In this document: positions 18,255 to 26,442 of the stretch, one piece after another
Position numbering within the stretch: position 1 is the first letter of the stretch
Layout of the letters: each line of letters begins with the position of its first letter
Origin: an uncultured bacterium
GTDB lineage: Bacteria > Omnitrophota > Omnitrophia > Omnitrophales > Abzuiibacteriaceae
Direction: 5' to 3'
Assembly (NCBI GenBank): GCA_964387845.1
Contig: CAYLXA010000011.1
Coordinates: forward strand, 1-64,000
Length of the DNA: 64,000 nucleotides
The notes under the pieces: generated by a model
Database searches by the model: none
What the model saw: the letters and a program-made list of their open reading frames with translations, nothing else
What the model was told of the DNA's origin: nothing
Made by a program: the position numbers and the translations under genes

Positions 18255-18332
18255 GTGGTAAGTGGTAAGTTGTAAGTAGTAAGTGATAAGCAATTCGAAT
18301 AACTTAAAACTTACCACTTATCACTTACAACT
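18255..18332. terminator. heptamer-tandem inverted-repeat hairpin (gtggtaa gtggtaa gttgtaa gtagtaa gtgataa ... cttaccacttatcacttacaac) between convergent genes; probable bidirectional terminator/structured element
   Basis: Five tandem GTNNTAA heptamers at 18255-18290, a ~20-nt loop, then the reverse-complementary degenerate heptamers at 18310-18332. It lies 6 nt after the giant ORF stop and 5 nt before the stop of the convergent minus-strand gene. Confidence 0.55.
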
Positions 18333-18336
18333 GAGA

Positions 18337-18666
18337 TTACCGACGCGCTTCAACTGCAGTCAATCGATTGGCAATAACGCCAATATTTTCAGTCAATTCA
18401 CTGCGTGTGTCTTTCAAGTCTTTTGTGAGTTTCAAAAGCCCATCTTCAAGTCTAACGACTTTACTTTTTACGACATCAATGCCTAACTCTACCAAGTCTA
18501 AACGGCGATTAACGCCATGGAGCTCCGTTTCGACATTGGCTAGCCGCCTGTCTGTTGATACTTGGCTTTCGGCAATGAGATTGATTTTTTGATCCATCGA
18601 CTCGAGCAAAGTACCCACTTCAGTGACGGTGAACTTATCTGATTTAATAGCTTTTTCTTTTTTCAT
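18337..18666 (-). CDS. small coiled-coil hypothetical protein (109 aa)
   Basis: ORF with a strong SD (RC of 18670-18684 gives AAAGAGGAGAATGTT-ATG). Heptad-rich sequence consistent with coiled coil. Contains TRSELT, resembling the giant-protein motif. Confidence 0.55.
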   Translation of the reverse strand: MKKEKAIKSDKFTVTEVGTLLESMDQKINLIAESQVSTDRRLANVETELHGVNRRLDLVELGIDVVKSKVVRLEDGLLKLTKDLKDTRSELTENIGVIANRLTAVEARR

Positions 18667-18917
18667 AACATTCTCCTCTTTGGTTTGGCGTGGAGGAGAG
18701 GAGAGGTTTATAACAGAAAAGCCGGGCTATGTCAATGAAGTAAATATAGAAATATAAAAATTAATATGATTAATATTTATTTTTAATCCTGGACGGCCTT
18801 GCGCAACAAATTTCGTGCTTTTTTTGTCAATTTTAGGTAAAATAACTTCTCTTTCGGCTTCCCCTGATAGTTTCGTATGGGTTATGTCTCAGTAGTTTGT
18901 GCGGTTTTTTAATTGAT

Positions 18918-18976
18918 AAATTCAAAATTCAAATATCAAATCTCAAAATTTTGAATTTTTAATTTTGAAATTTGAG
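18918..18976. repeat. left arm of ~55-bp perfect inverted repeat flanking permease gene
   Basis: The reverse complement of 18918-18976 (…ttcaaaattcaaatatcaaatctcaaaattttgaatttttaattttgaaatttgag) matches 19905-19960 essentially perfectly. Confidence 0.8.
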
Positions 18977-18994
18977 TTTACGGTCATTAATTAC

Positions 18995-19897
18995 ATGAAC
19001 GGTATTAAAAGCAGGACCAAAGAAGCGATTGCGGCGTATTTGTTTCTTGCGCCCAACCTGATCGGCTTCCTGATCTTTACTTCCATTCCGGTCTTAGCAT
19101 CCCTCGTCCTCAGTTTTATGAAGTGGGACCTTTTTTCACCCCCTCAGTTTGTCGGTTTTGAAAATTTCAACGCGCTGTTTCACGATTCCTACTTTTGGCA
19201 ATATTGCTGGAACACGGTTTATTTGATGATGGCAATTCCGTTCAGCATTGCCGGCTCGCTGATTTTGGCGCTGGCGCTGAATCAAAAGTTGAAAGGCATG
19301 ACTTTCTTCCGGACTCTTTACTTTTTGCCGACGATTTGCTCCGGCGTTGCGATTTATATGCTGTGGCGGCTGGTTTATAACCCGGATTTCGGCATTTTCA
19401 ATATGCTGATCGCCAAATTCGGCGATTTGATCGGCGTGCCGCTTCAGGGGCCGTTTTGGCTGACGGATGAAGCATGGGCAAAGCCGGCGCTGATTATCAT
19501 GAGCGTGTGGCAGACGGTCGGCGGCTACAACATGATTTTGTATTTGGCGGCGCTGCAGGGCGTTCCGCGCGATTTATATGAAGCGGCAGAAATCGACGGT
19601 GCTAACAGCTGGCAAAAATTTTGGGCTGTGACGTGGCCGCAAATTTCGCCGACCACTTTTTTTATTGCCACGATGTCCGTGATCGGCGGCTTTCAGGCTG
19701 GATTCGATCCGGCCTACATCATGACGGGCGGCGGGCCGAACGGTTCAACCACGACCGTGATTTATTACATTTTCAACAACGCCTTCAAGTGGCATCAAAT
19801 GGGTTATGCGGCTGCCATTTCGTGGGTTTTGTTCCTGGTGATTTTTGTGGTGACGCTCGGTAAGTGGAAATTATTCAGTAAAACAGTGCACTATTAA
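18995..19897 (+). CDS. sugar ABC transporter permease (MalF/UgpA-type, binding-protein-dependent inner-membrane component)
   Basis: Track ORF 18965-19897. The likely start is ATG 18995 (MNGIKSRTKEAIAAYLFLAPNLIGF...). Contains the EAA-loop region (EAAEIDGANSWQKFWAVTWP) typical of MalF/UgpA. Confidence 0.85.
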   Translation: MNGIKSRTKEAIAAYLFLAPNLIGFLIFTSIPVLASLVLSFMKWDLFSPPQFVGFENFNALFHDSYFWQYCWNTVYLMMAIPFSIAGSLILALALNQKLKGMTFFRTLYFLPTICSGVAIYMLWRLVYNPDFGIFNMLIAKFGDLIGVPLQGPFWLTDEAWAKPALIIMSVWQTVGGYNMILYLAALQGVPRDLYEAAEIDGANSWQKFWAVTWPQISPTTFFIATMSVIGGFQAGFDPAYIMTGGGPNGSTTTVIYYIFNNAFKWHQMGYAAAISWVLFLVIFVVTLGKWKLFSKTVHY

Positions 19898-19900
19898 CGC

Positions 19901-19962
19901 AAATTCAAATTTCAAAATTAAAAATTCAAAATTTTGAGATTTGATATTTGAATTTTGAAATT
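19901..19962. repeat. right arm of ~55-bp perfect inverted repeat (intergenic between the two permease genes)
   Basis: Reverse complement of the 18918-18976 arm. Confidence 0.8.
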
Positions 19963-19967
19963 AAATT

Positions 19968-20849
19968 ATGAAATCAAAAGACTCCGCAAGGCATCAGCTG
20001 ACGGCTCGCAAAAAGAAGCCGCTGACGATTAAGGACCTCGGGATTTATATCGTGCTGATCATTGGCGCGATTACGATGGTGGCGCCTTTTCTGTGGATGA
20101 TCACGACATCGCTCAAAAATCCGGGCGATGTGTTTTCCTACAAGAAAATTTGGTGGCACGACTGGGTGCCGATGTCGTTTGTGTGGCGCAATTATATTGA
20201 AGCGTGGAATGTCGTGCCGTTTGCGCGCTTCTATTTAAATTCGATTTTGGTTGTTTTGCTGACCACATTCGGGCAGGTGGCGACGAGCGCGATGGCGGCT
20301 TATGCATTTGCGCGTCTCCAATTTCCCGGGCGCAATCAAATCTTTTTTTCCTATTTGGCAACCATGATGATCCCGGGTGCCGTCACGATGATCCCGGTTT
20401 TTATTTTGCTGCGTCAGCTCGGATGGATTGATACGTACAAGGCCATGATCTTGCCCGGCATTTTTACGGCGTACGGAACTTTCATGCTCCGGCAATTTTT
20501 CCTGACGCTGCCGAAAGACCTGGAAGATGCGGCGATGATTGACGGCTGTTCTTATTTTGGAATTTTCTGGCGGATTTTGCTCCCGCTTTCGCAGCCGGCA
20601 CTCGCAACGCTGACGATTTTTACGTTCATGGGCTCCTGGATGAATTTCATGTGGCCTTTGATCGTCATGAATTCCGAAGAAAAATTTCCGCTGCCGGTGG
20701 GCTTGGCGTATTTCCAAAGCTTGCACCATACGGATTGGACATTGTTGATGGCAGGTTCTGTGATGATGATTCTGCCGATTCTGCTTGTCTTCATGTTCGG
20801 CCAGCGCTATTTCGTGGAAGGTATTAAGCTGACGGGAATTAAAGGTTGA
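19968..20849 (+). CDS. sugar ABC transporter permease (MalG/UgpE-type)
   Basis: 293-aa ORF with 6 predicted TM segments and an EAA loop (EDAAMIDGCSYFGIFWRILLP). Confidence 0.85.
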   Translation: MKSKDSARHQLTARKKKPLTIKDLGIYIVLIIGAITMVAPFLWMITTSLKNPGDVFSYKKIWWHDWVPMSFVWRNYIEAWNVVPFARFYLNSILVVLLTTFGQVATSAMAAYAFARLQFPGRNQIFFSYLATMMIPGAVTMIPVFILLRQLGWIDTYKAMILPGIFTAYGTFMLRQFFLTLPKDLEDAAMIDGCSYFGIFWRILLPLSQPALATLTIFTFMGSWMNFMWPLIVMNSEEKFPLPVGLAYFQSLHHTDWTLLMAGSVMMILPILLVFMFGQRYFVEGIKLTGIKG

Positions 20850-20931
20850 TGAAGCGCCCCGTTGCGGCCCTGATTTTCATTGAAGCATCCAAGCGGTTAT
20901 TAATTGGAAATCAGGACCGTCGTGACTACCA

Positions 20932-22209
20932 ATGAATAAACGGCAGGGAAATAATAGGAAAGTCACGGCGGCTCTGATTTTAGCAGCGGGTAAGGGCGTC
21001 CGGATGAATTCGGATTTGCCCAAAGTACTTCATCCGGTTAGCTGTAAACCATTGCTAGGACATATTTTAGAAGCAGTTGAAGGAATCAGCGCAAGATCGA
21101 TCTTTGTAATTGTCGGGCACGGCGAAAAAGAAGTCCGCCAATATATCGGAAGCCGTGCGCAAGGAATCCGGCAAATGCCGCAGCTGGGGACGGGCCATGC
21201 GGTTTTATGCGCAAAGCCCAAACTCAAAAGCTGGAAAAACGATCTTTTGATTTTGCCGGGTGATGCACCCTTTGTGGAACCTGCGATGCTCCGCGAATTG
21301 GTTGCGCGGCATCAAAAGAGCGATGCCGGCGCCACGGTGCTGACGGCGCAAGTTTCGGACCCGAAAGGTTACGGTCGGATTTTGAAAGAGCACGGCAGTA
21401 TTTATGCGATCCGAGAAGAGCTCGACGCGTCGGAATCTGAACGCGCGATCACTGAAGTCAATACCGGCGTTTATGTGTTTGACACCGTGCGTCTTTTTGA
21501 ACACCTCGGGCGCCTGAAAGCAGACAATCAGAAAAAAGAATATTATTTAACGGATGTGATCGATTCGTTCGTCAGTTCCGGCATTGAAGTCCAGAGTTTT
21601 GAAATCAAATTATCGGGTGATGCGTTGGGCGTTAATTCGAGAATAGATTTGGCCAAAATGGAAAAAGCAATCAATCAAAGAGAAATTGAAAAACATCAGC
21701 GAAACGGCGTGACGGTCGTATCGCCCGAGAACACATGGATCGCATCGGGCGCTAAAATCGGAAAAGACACGACCATTTTTCCTTTTTGTTGGATTGAAGA
21801 CGGCGTTGTGATCGGCGAAAAATGTCAAATCGGCCCGGCGGCGACAATCCGGAAAAATACGAAAATCGAAAGCGGCGTTGTGATCGGCAATTTTGTGGAA
21901 GTGACACGTTCGAAAATCGGCAAAAAAACACGGATCAAACATTTGTCCTACATCGGCGATGCGCAGATCGGTAATGACGTCAATATCGGCGCAGGGACGA
22001 TTACGGCGAATTTTGACGGGAAAAATAAGAATAAAACCGTTATCCAGAACGGCGCTTCGGTCGGCTCCGGGACCACGCTGGTAGCGCCGGTGAAGCTTGC
22101 GAAGAAATCAAAAACAGGCGCGGGATCTGTTTTGTTAAAAGGAACTTCCGTGAAATCCGGTGAAACATTCGTCGGAATTCCGGCTCGAAAAGTGACACGA
22201 AAAAAATAA
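20932..22209 (+). CDS. glmU: bifunctional UDP-N-acetylglucosamine pyrophosphorylase / glucosamine-1-phosphate N-acetyltransferase
   Basis: N-terminal LILAAGKGVRM nucleotidyltransferase motif; C-terminal left-handed beta-helix hexapeptide repeats (IGxxVxIG...). Confidence 0.9.
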   Translation: MNKRQGNNRKVTAALILAAGKGVRMNSDLPKVLHPVSCKPLLGHILEAVEGISARSIFVIVGHGEKEVRQYIGSRAQGIRQMPQLGTGHAVLCAKPKLKSWKNDLLILPGDAPFVEPAMLRELVARHQKSDAGATVLTAQVSDPKGYGRILKEHGSIYAIREELDASESERAITEVNTGVYVFDTVRLFEHLGRLKADNQKKEYYLTDVIDSFVSSGIEVQSFEIKLSGDALGVNSRIDLAKMEKAINQREIEKHQRNGVTVVSPENTWIASGAKIGKDTTIFPFCWIEDGVVIGEKCQIGPAATIRKNTKIESGVVIGNFVEVTRSKIGKKTRIKHLSYIGDAQIGNDVNIGAGTITANFDGKNKNKTVIQNGASVGSGTTLVAPVKLAKKSKTGAGSVLLKGTSVKSGETFVGIPARKVTRKK

Positions 22210-22228
22210 TCAAAGAAAGAACTTATCC

Positions 22229-23185
22229 ATGAAAAATAATATCGCTGTGATATCGGGAAATTCAAACATTAACCTCGCCAAATCCATTTGCCGAGGGCTC
22301 GGTGTTCCGCTTGACCGCGTTGAAGTGGGCCGGTTTCCGGGCGGGGAAATCCGCGTCCAGATCGATGAAAATGTGCGCGGAAAAGACGTCTTCATTATTC
22401 AGTCCATTTGCACGCCGCCGAATGATCATTTGATGGAGCTTTTGATTTTGATTGACGCCGCACGTCGCGCATCTGCCGAGCGCATCACGGCTGTGCTTCC
22501 TTATTATGGATATGCCCGTCAGGACCGAAAAGACCGTCCGCGTGTTCCGATTTCGGCAAAGTTGATCGCCAATTTGCTGGTGACGGCCGGTGCGAACCGG
22601 ATTTTGACGATGGACCTTCACTCCGGGCAAATTCAGGGTTTCTTTGATATTCCGGTGGACCATCTTTATTCGGTCAATGTGCTTCGTCCGTATTTTATGA
22701 AAAAGAAACTGAAGAATTTAACGGTCGTATCGCCGGACGTGGGCGGCATCAAAATGGCGCGTGCTTACGCAAAGCTCCTGAGCGCACCTTTGGCGATCGT
22801 TGATAAGCGCCGGGAGGATGCTCAAAAGACTTCCGTGATGAATATCATCGGCGATGTGAAAAATCGAAACGTTGTTTTGGTGGACGACCTTGTTTCAACG
22901 GCCAGTTCGCTTGTGGAAGCGGTCGCGGCACTCAAAAAGGCAGGCGCCATCAACGTTTATGCCGGAATTGTGCACCCGGTTTTGGCCGATCCGGCCTTAG
23001 AGCGCATCAAAAAATCGGACTTGAAAGAATTGGTCGTTACGGATACTATACCCATCCCCGCGTCTCGGAAGATCTCCAAGATTAAGGTCCTATCGGTTGC
23101 CGGATTATTAGGGGAAGCCATTAAACGTATTCATGGTAATCAGTCAGTGAGTTCGCTTTTTAGAACATCAGAAGTTGAGGCGTAG
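22229..23185 (+). CDS. prs: ribose-phosphate pyrophosphokinase
   Basis: MKNNIAVISGNSN...GGEIRVQI...; PRPP-binding motif VVLVDDLVSTASSL. Confidence 0.9.
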   Translation: MKNNIAVISGNSNINLAKSICRGLGVPLDRVEVGRFPGGEIRVQIDENVRGKDVFIIQSICTPPNDHLMELLILIDAARRASAERITAVLPYYGYARQDRKDRPRVPISAKLIANLLVTAGANRILTMDLHSGQIQGFFDIPVDHLYSVNVLRPYFMKKKLKNLTVVSPDVGGIKMARAYAKLLSAPLAIVDKRREDAQKTSVMNIIGDVKNRNVVLVDDLVSTASSLVEAVAALKKAGAINVYAGIVHPVLADPALERIKKSDLKELVVTDTIPIPASRKISKIKVLSVAGLLGEAIKRIHGNQSVSSLFRTSEVEA

Positions 23186-23223
23186 TAAGGGTTTACATTG
23201 AATTTAAAGGAGAAACGCAGGTC

Positions 23224-23946
23224 ATGAAATCAGTAGAATTAGAAGCAAATTTGAGAGAAAAAATAGGCAAAACGGCTGTGAAGAAGATCCGCGCCCAAAA
23301 GCGGATTCCGGCGGTTGTTTACGGTCATCAGGTCAAAAAGCCGATTTCGGTCGATTTTGATTATAAGCAGTTTGAAGCGGCGCTTCATACAAAAGCCGGC
23401 GAAAACGTGCTGATCAATCTTAAGATTTCGGGCAAAGAAAAGCTCGATAAGACCGTGATCATCAAGGATATTCAGCATCATCCGGTGACTGATTTCATCG
23501 AGCATGTGGATTTAAACGTTATTTCGCTGACTGAAAAAATCAAAGTGAACGTTCATGTGACTGTCGCTGGCGAAGCTCCGGGCGTTAAAGAAGGCGGCGT
23601 GCTGGATTTGGTCCGTCACGAAATCGAAGTCGAATGTTTGCCGACTCACATTCCGGAAAAGCTCGAAGTGAATATTGAAAAACTTGGAATCGGCGATTCG
23701 ATTCACATCAAAGATATGAAGTTCCCGTCTGATGTGCATTGCATGCTCGATCCGGACGAAGTGGTGGTCGCAGTTCATGCGCCGAAGGCCGAAGAAACGC
23801 CTGCTGCCGAAGGTGAGGCTCCGACGGAACCTGAAGTGATCGCAAAAGGCAAGGAAGATAAAGAAGGCGAAGAAGGCGCAGCTCCGAAAGCAGAAGCGAA
23901 GGCCGACAAACCTGCGGCGGAGAAGGCTGAAAAACCCGCGAAGTAG
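23224..23946 (+). CDS. rplY: 50S ribosomal protein L25 / general stress protein Ctc, with Ala/Glu/Lys-rich C-terminal tail
   Basis: N-terminus MKSVELEANLREKIGKTAVKKIRAQKRIPAVVYG is typical of L25/Ctc. Conserved rplY-pth adjacency. Confidence 0.85.
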   Translation: MKSVELEANLREKIGKTAVKKIRAQKRIPAVVYGHQVKKPISVDFDYKQFEAALHTKAGENVLINLKISGKEKLDKTVIIKDIQHHPVTDFIEHVDLNVISLTEKIKVNVHVTVAGEAPGVKEGGVLDLVRHEIEVECLPTHIPEKLEVNIEKLGIGDSIHIKDMKFPSDVHCMLDPDEVVVAVHAPKAEETPAAEGEAPTEPEVIAKGKEDKEGEEGAAPKAEAKADKPAAEKAEKPAK

Positions 23947-23951
23947 TTTGA

Positions 23952-24536
23952 ATGAAATGCATCGTTGGGCTTGGAAATCCCGGAAGCGATTACGAAAACA
24001 CCAGGCACAATGTCGGATTTATGGTCATCGATTTATTGCGGCGCGGATCGGTCAGCCGTGAGAAAGATTCAAAATTGTATTGGCACGCTCTTTTAAAAGT
24101 TGAGAATTCCGAAACGGTTTTGGTTAAACCCAAAACCTTCATGAATTTAAGCGGTCAAGCGGTGCTGGAAGTTTTCAGCGAATTTTGCGAAGCCAAACCG
24201 GAAAATTTGCTCGTTGTTGTTGACGACGTAAACCTGCCTCTCGGTCAAATCCGAATCAGATCCAAAGGAAGTTCAGGCGGCCATAACGGCCTCGAATCCA
24301 TTATCGGTATGCTAGGTACCAGTCATTTTCCACGTTTAAGAGTTGGTATCGGTAAGGAAGGTCTGGCAGGGCAGGATTTAACAGATTATGTGCTGGGCAA
24401 GTTCACGAAGTTGGAAAGCGAAAAGCTTTCCGATAGTTTACGCCGGGCCGAGATGGCTTGCAAAGCATGGACGGCTGAGAATATCGTAGCGGCGATGAAT
24501 TTGTTTAATCAGAAGGATGTTCCGGATCAGGAATAG
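23952..24536 (+). CDS. pth: peptidyl-tRNA hydrolase
   Basis: MKCIVGLGNPGSDYENTRHNVGF motif. Confidence 0.9.
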   Translation: MKCIVGLGNPGSDYENTRHNVGFMVIDLLRRGSVSREKDSKLYWHALLKVENSETVLVKPKTFMNLSGQAVLEVFSEFCEAKPENLLVVVDDVNLPLGQIRIRSKGSSGGHNGLESIIGMLGTSHFPRLRVGIGKEGLAGQDLTDYVLGKFTKLESEKLSDSLRRAEMACKAWTAENIVAAMNLFNQKDVPDQE

Positions 24537-24624
24537 CAGTTTAAAACTTAACGTTGTGCAATGATTGGGTTTGTGTTAAATTAGCACCTTTAAAAGTAAA
24601 CATTGACGGAAGCGAGGGAATGAA

Positions 24625-24993
24625 GTGAGTTCAACTAGGCAATATGAAGCAATTTTGATCTATCCGCCGGTTTTTGCGGGTGAAAAGTTAAACGAGGCAG
24701 TCCATGCTTTTCAGGATTTGGCGGGAAAATTTGGAGCCAAAGTCGCCGCACATCAGGATATGGGTAAACGTTCGATCGGTTTTCGCATTAAGAAAAATTC
24801 AGAAGGCAATTATGTGCATATCGATTTAAATATGGATCCTGCCAAAGTTTCCGAACTCAAAAAAGCGCTGACGCTCAATGGCGATATTCTCCGTTATTCG
24901 ATTTTTTTAAAGCCGGTCATTACACGAGTTTCCACTTATAAGAAACCCGCAACGCCGCCTCAGCATTCCGCTACCAGCTCAGCAAAAGGATAA
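24625..24993 (+). CDS. rpsF: 30S ribosomal protein S6 (GTG start)
   Basis: YEAILIYPPVF... S6 signature; conserved rpsF-ssb-rpsR-rplI order. Confidence 0.9.
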   Translation: MSSTRQYEAILIYPPVFAGEKLNEAVHAFQDLAGKFGAKVAAHQDMGKRSIGFRIKKNSEGNYVHIDLNMDPAKVSELKKALTLNGDILRYSIFLKPVITRVSTYKKPATPPQHSATSSAKG

Positions 24994-25016
24994 AATCAGG
25001 GATAGGAAGGTGAATC

Positions 25017-25493
25017 ATGGCCGCTTCATTTAACAAAGTTTTCTTAATGGGAAATTTAACGCGCGATCCGGAACTTCGCTACATTCCTTCCGGCCAAGCC
25101 GTGACTGGTTTTACAATTGCCGTCAACAGGGTCTATTTATCGCAGTCAGGCGAGAAAAAAGAAGAAGTCAGTTTTCTTAAAGTTGTTGTGTGGGGCAAGC
25201 GCGCGGAAGTTTGCAATGAATATTTGAAAAAAGGTTCCCCAGTTTTTGTGGAAGGAAGGCTGCAAACCCGTTCATGGGATGCGCCGGACGGCACAAAGCG
25301 CAGCGCGGTGGAAGTTGTGGCACAGAGTGTTCAGTTTTTAAGCCGTGGCACATCAGGTGGCGCAAAATCACAGGCATCTGACGCGCCGGCAGCAGGCGAT
25401 GATTCGATCATCGATGATTCATTTGGTGCTCCGCCTGAGGCAAGTGCCAAACATTCTAATGAGCCCCAGCACGACGAAGAAGTTCCGTTTTAA
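25017..25493 (+). CDS. ssb: single-stranded DNA-binding protein
   Basis: OB-fold N-terminus (FNKVFLMGNLTRDPELRY...); acidic C-terminal tail ending DEEVPF. Confidence 0.9.
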   Translation: MAASFNKVFLMGNLTRDPELRYIPSGQAVTGFTIAVNRVYLSQSGEKKEEVSFLKVVVWGKRAEVCNEYLKKGSPVFVEGRLQTRSWDAPDGTKRSAVEVVAQSVQFLSRGTSGGAKSQASDAPAAGDDSIIDDSFGAPPEASAKHSNEPQHDEEVPF

Positions 25494-25524
25494 TAACCAA
25501 AATTAATCTAGAAAGAGGTAAGAC

Positions 25525-25902
25525 GTGTTTAAACCAAGAAAAACATTCGGTGGCGGCGGACGTTCAGGCGGCCGTTCAGATTCTGCAGGAGGCCGCGGTG
25601 GTTATGGCGGCGGACGTTCAGGCGGCCGTTCGGCCGATTCGCGCGGCGGGCGTGATTTTCAAGAAGGCCGGGAAGGCCGTGGTGGCGGAAAGTTTTTCCG
25701 CAAGAAAACATGCCGCTTTTGTGAGGAACGCGTTTCTTTGATTGATTTCAAGGAAATCGACCGGCTGGCGAAATTCATGACCGAAAAAGGAAAAATCATT
25801 CCGCAGCGTATTTCAGGCAATTGCGCAAAACATCAAAGGATGTTGTCGCGTGCCGTGAAACGCGCGCGTCACGCAGCGCTTGTTCCGTTTCAAGCTGCTT
25901 AA
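25525..25902 (+). CDS. rpsR: 30S ribosomal protein S18 with ~55-aa RGG/Gly-Arg-rich N-terminal extension
   Basis: C-terminal [63 protein letters not shown] is canonical S18. The N-terminus carries GGRSGGRS repeats encoded by an in-frame 25-nt direct repeat (25556-25580 / 25610-25634). Confidence 0.85.
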   Translation: MFKPRKTFGGGGRSGGRSDSAGGRGGYGGGRSGGRSADSRGGRDFQEGREGRGGGKFFRKKTCRFCEERVSLIDFKEIDRLAKFMTEKGKIIPQRISGNCAKHQRMLSRAVKRARHAALVPFQAA

Positions 25903-25916
25903 TTCAGGATTCAAAC

Positions 25917-26369
25917 ATGAAAGTTATTTTACTGAAAGACGTTGAAAATATCGGCAAGGCCGGCGATACCGCCGATGTCAAAGAAGGTTATTTCCGCAAT
26001 TTCTTAAGCCCGCGTAAATTGGCGCAGGAATCATCCGTTTCCGGCCTCAGGTTTCTAGAAGCCAAGCGGAAGCAGTCTCAGTTGAAAGCCGCGAAAGAGA
26101 AAGAAGAAGCGCTCAAGGTTTTAACCAAGCTTGAAAAAATAAAGATCGTGTTTGAGCGCAGAGTCAGCCAAGAAGGAAAATTGTTCGGTTCTGTTACGAA
26201 TCGTGACGTCGAAGAAGAGCTCCATAAGCAGGGTTTTGCGGTTGATCGCAAACACATCGAGCTGGTTACGATGCATCAGGTTGGTGAAGGTGTCGCAAAA
26301 GTCAAGCTTCACCCTGAAGTCGAATTGAAACTTGCGGTTTCTGTCGTGGCTTCCGCGGCTAAATCGTAA
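25917..26369 (+). CDS. rplI: 50S ribosomal protein L9
   Basis: MKVILLKDVENIGKAGD... start at ATG 25917. The track ORF starts earlier in frame but overlaps rpsR. Confidence 0.9.
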   Translation: MKVILLKDVENIGKAGDTADVKEGYFRNFLSPRKLAQESSVSGLRFLEAKRKQSQLKAAKEKEEALKVLTKLEKIKIVFERRVSQEGKLFGSVTNRDVEEELHKQGFAVDRKHIELVTMHQVGEGVAKVKLHPEVELKLAVSVVASAAKS

Positions 26370-26442
26370 GACCAAGTTTCATTCTAAGATTAATCAGAAT
26401 TAAAACGATCACAAGGCTTTATACAAAAAACCGATCCCATCC

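Noticed and set aside
18255-18332. Tandem 7-mers considered as a CRISPR array or minisatellite
   Set aside because: Units are 7 nt with no spacers, and each block is immediately followed by its own inverted copy. No cas genes are present. They are interpreted as hairpin elements.
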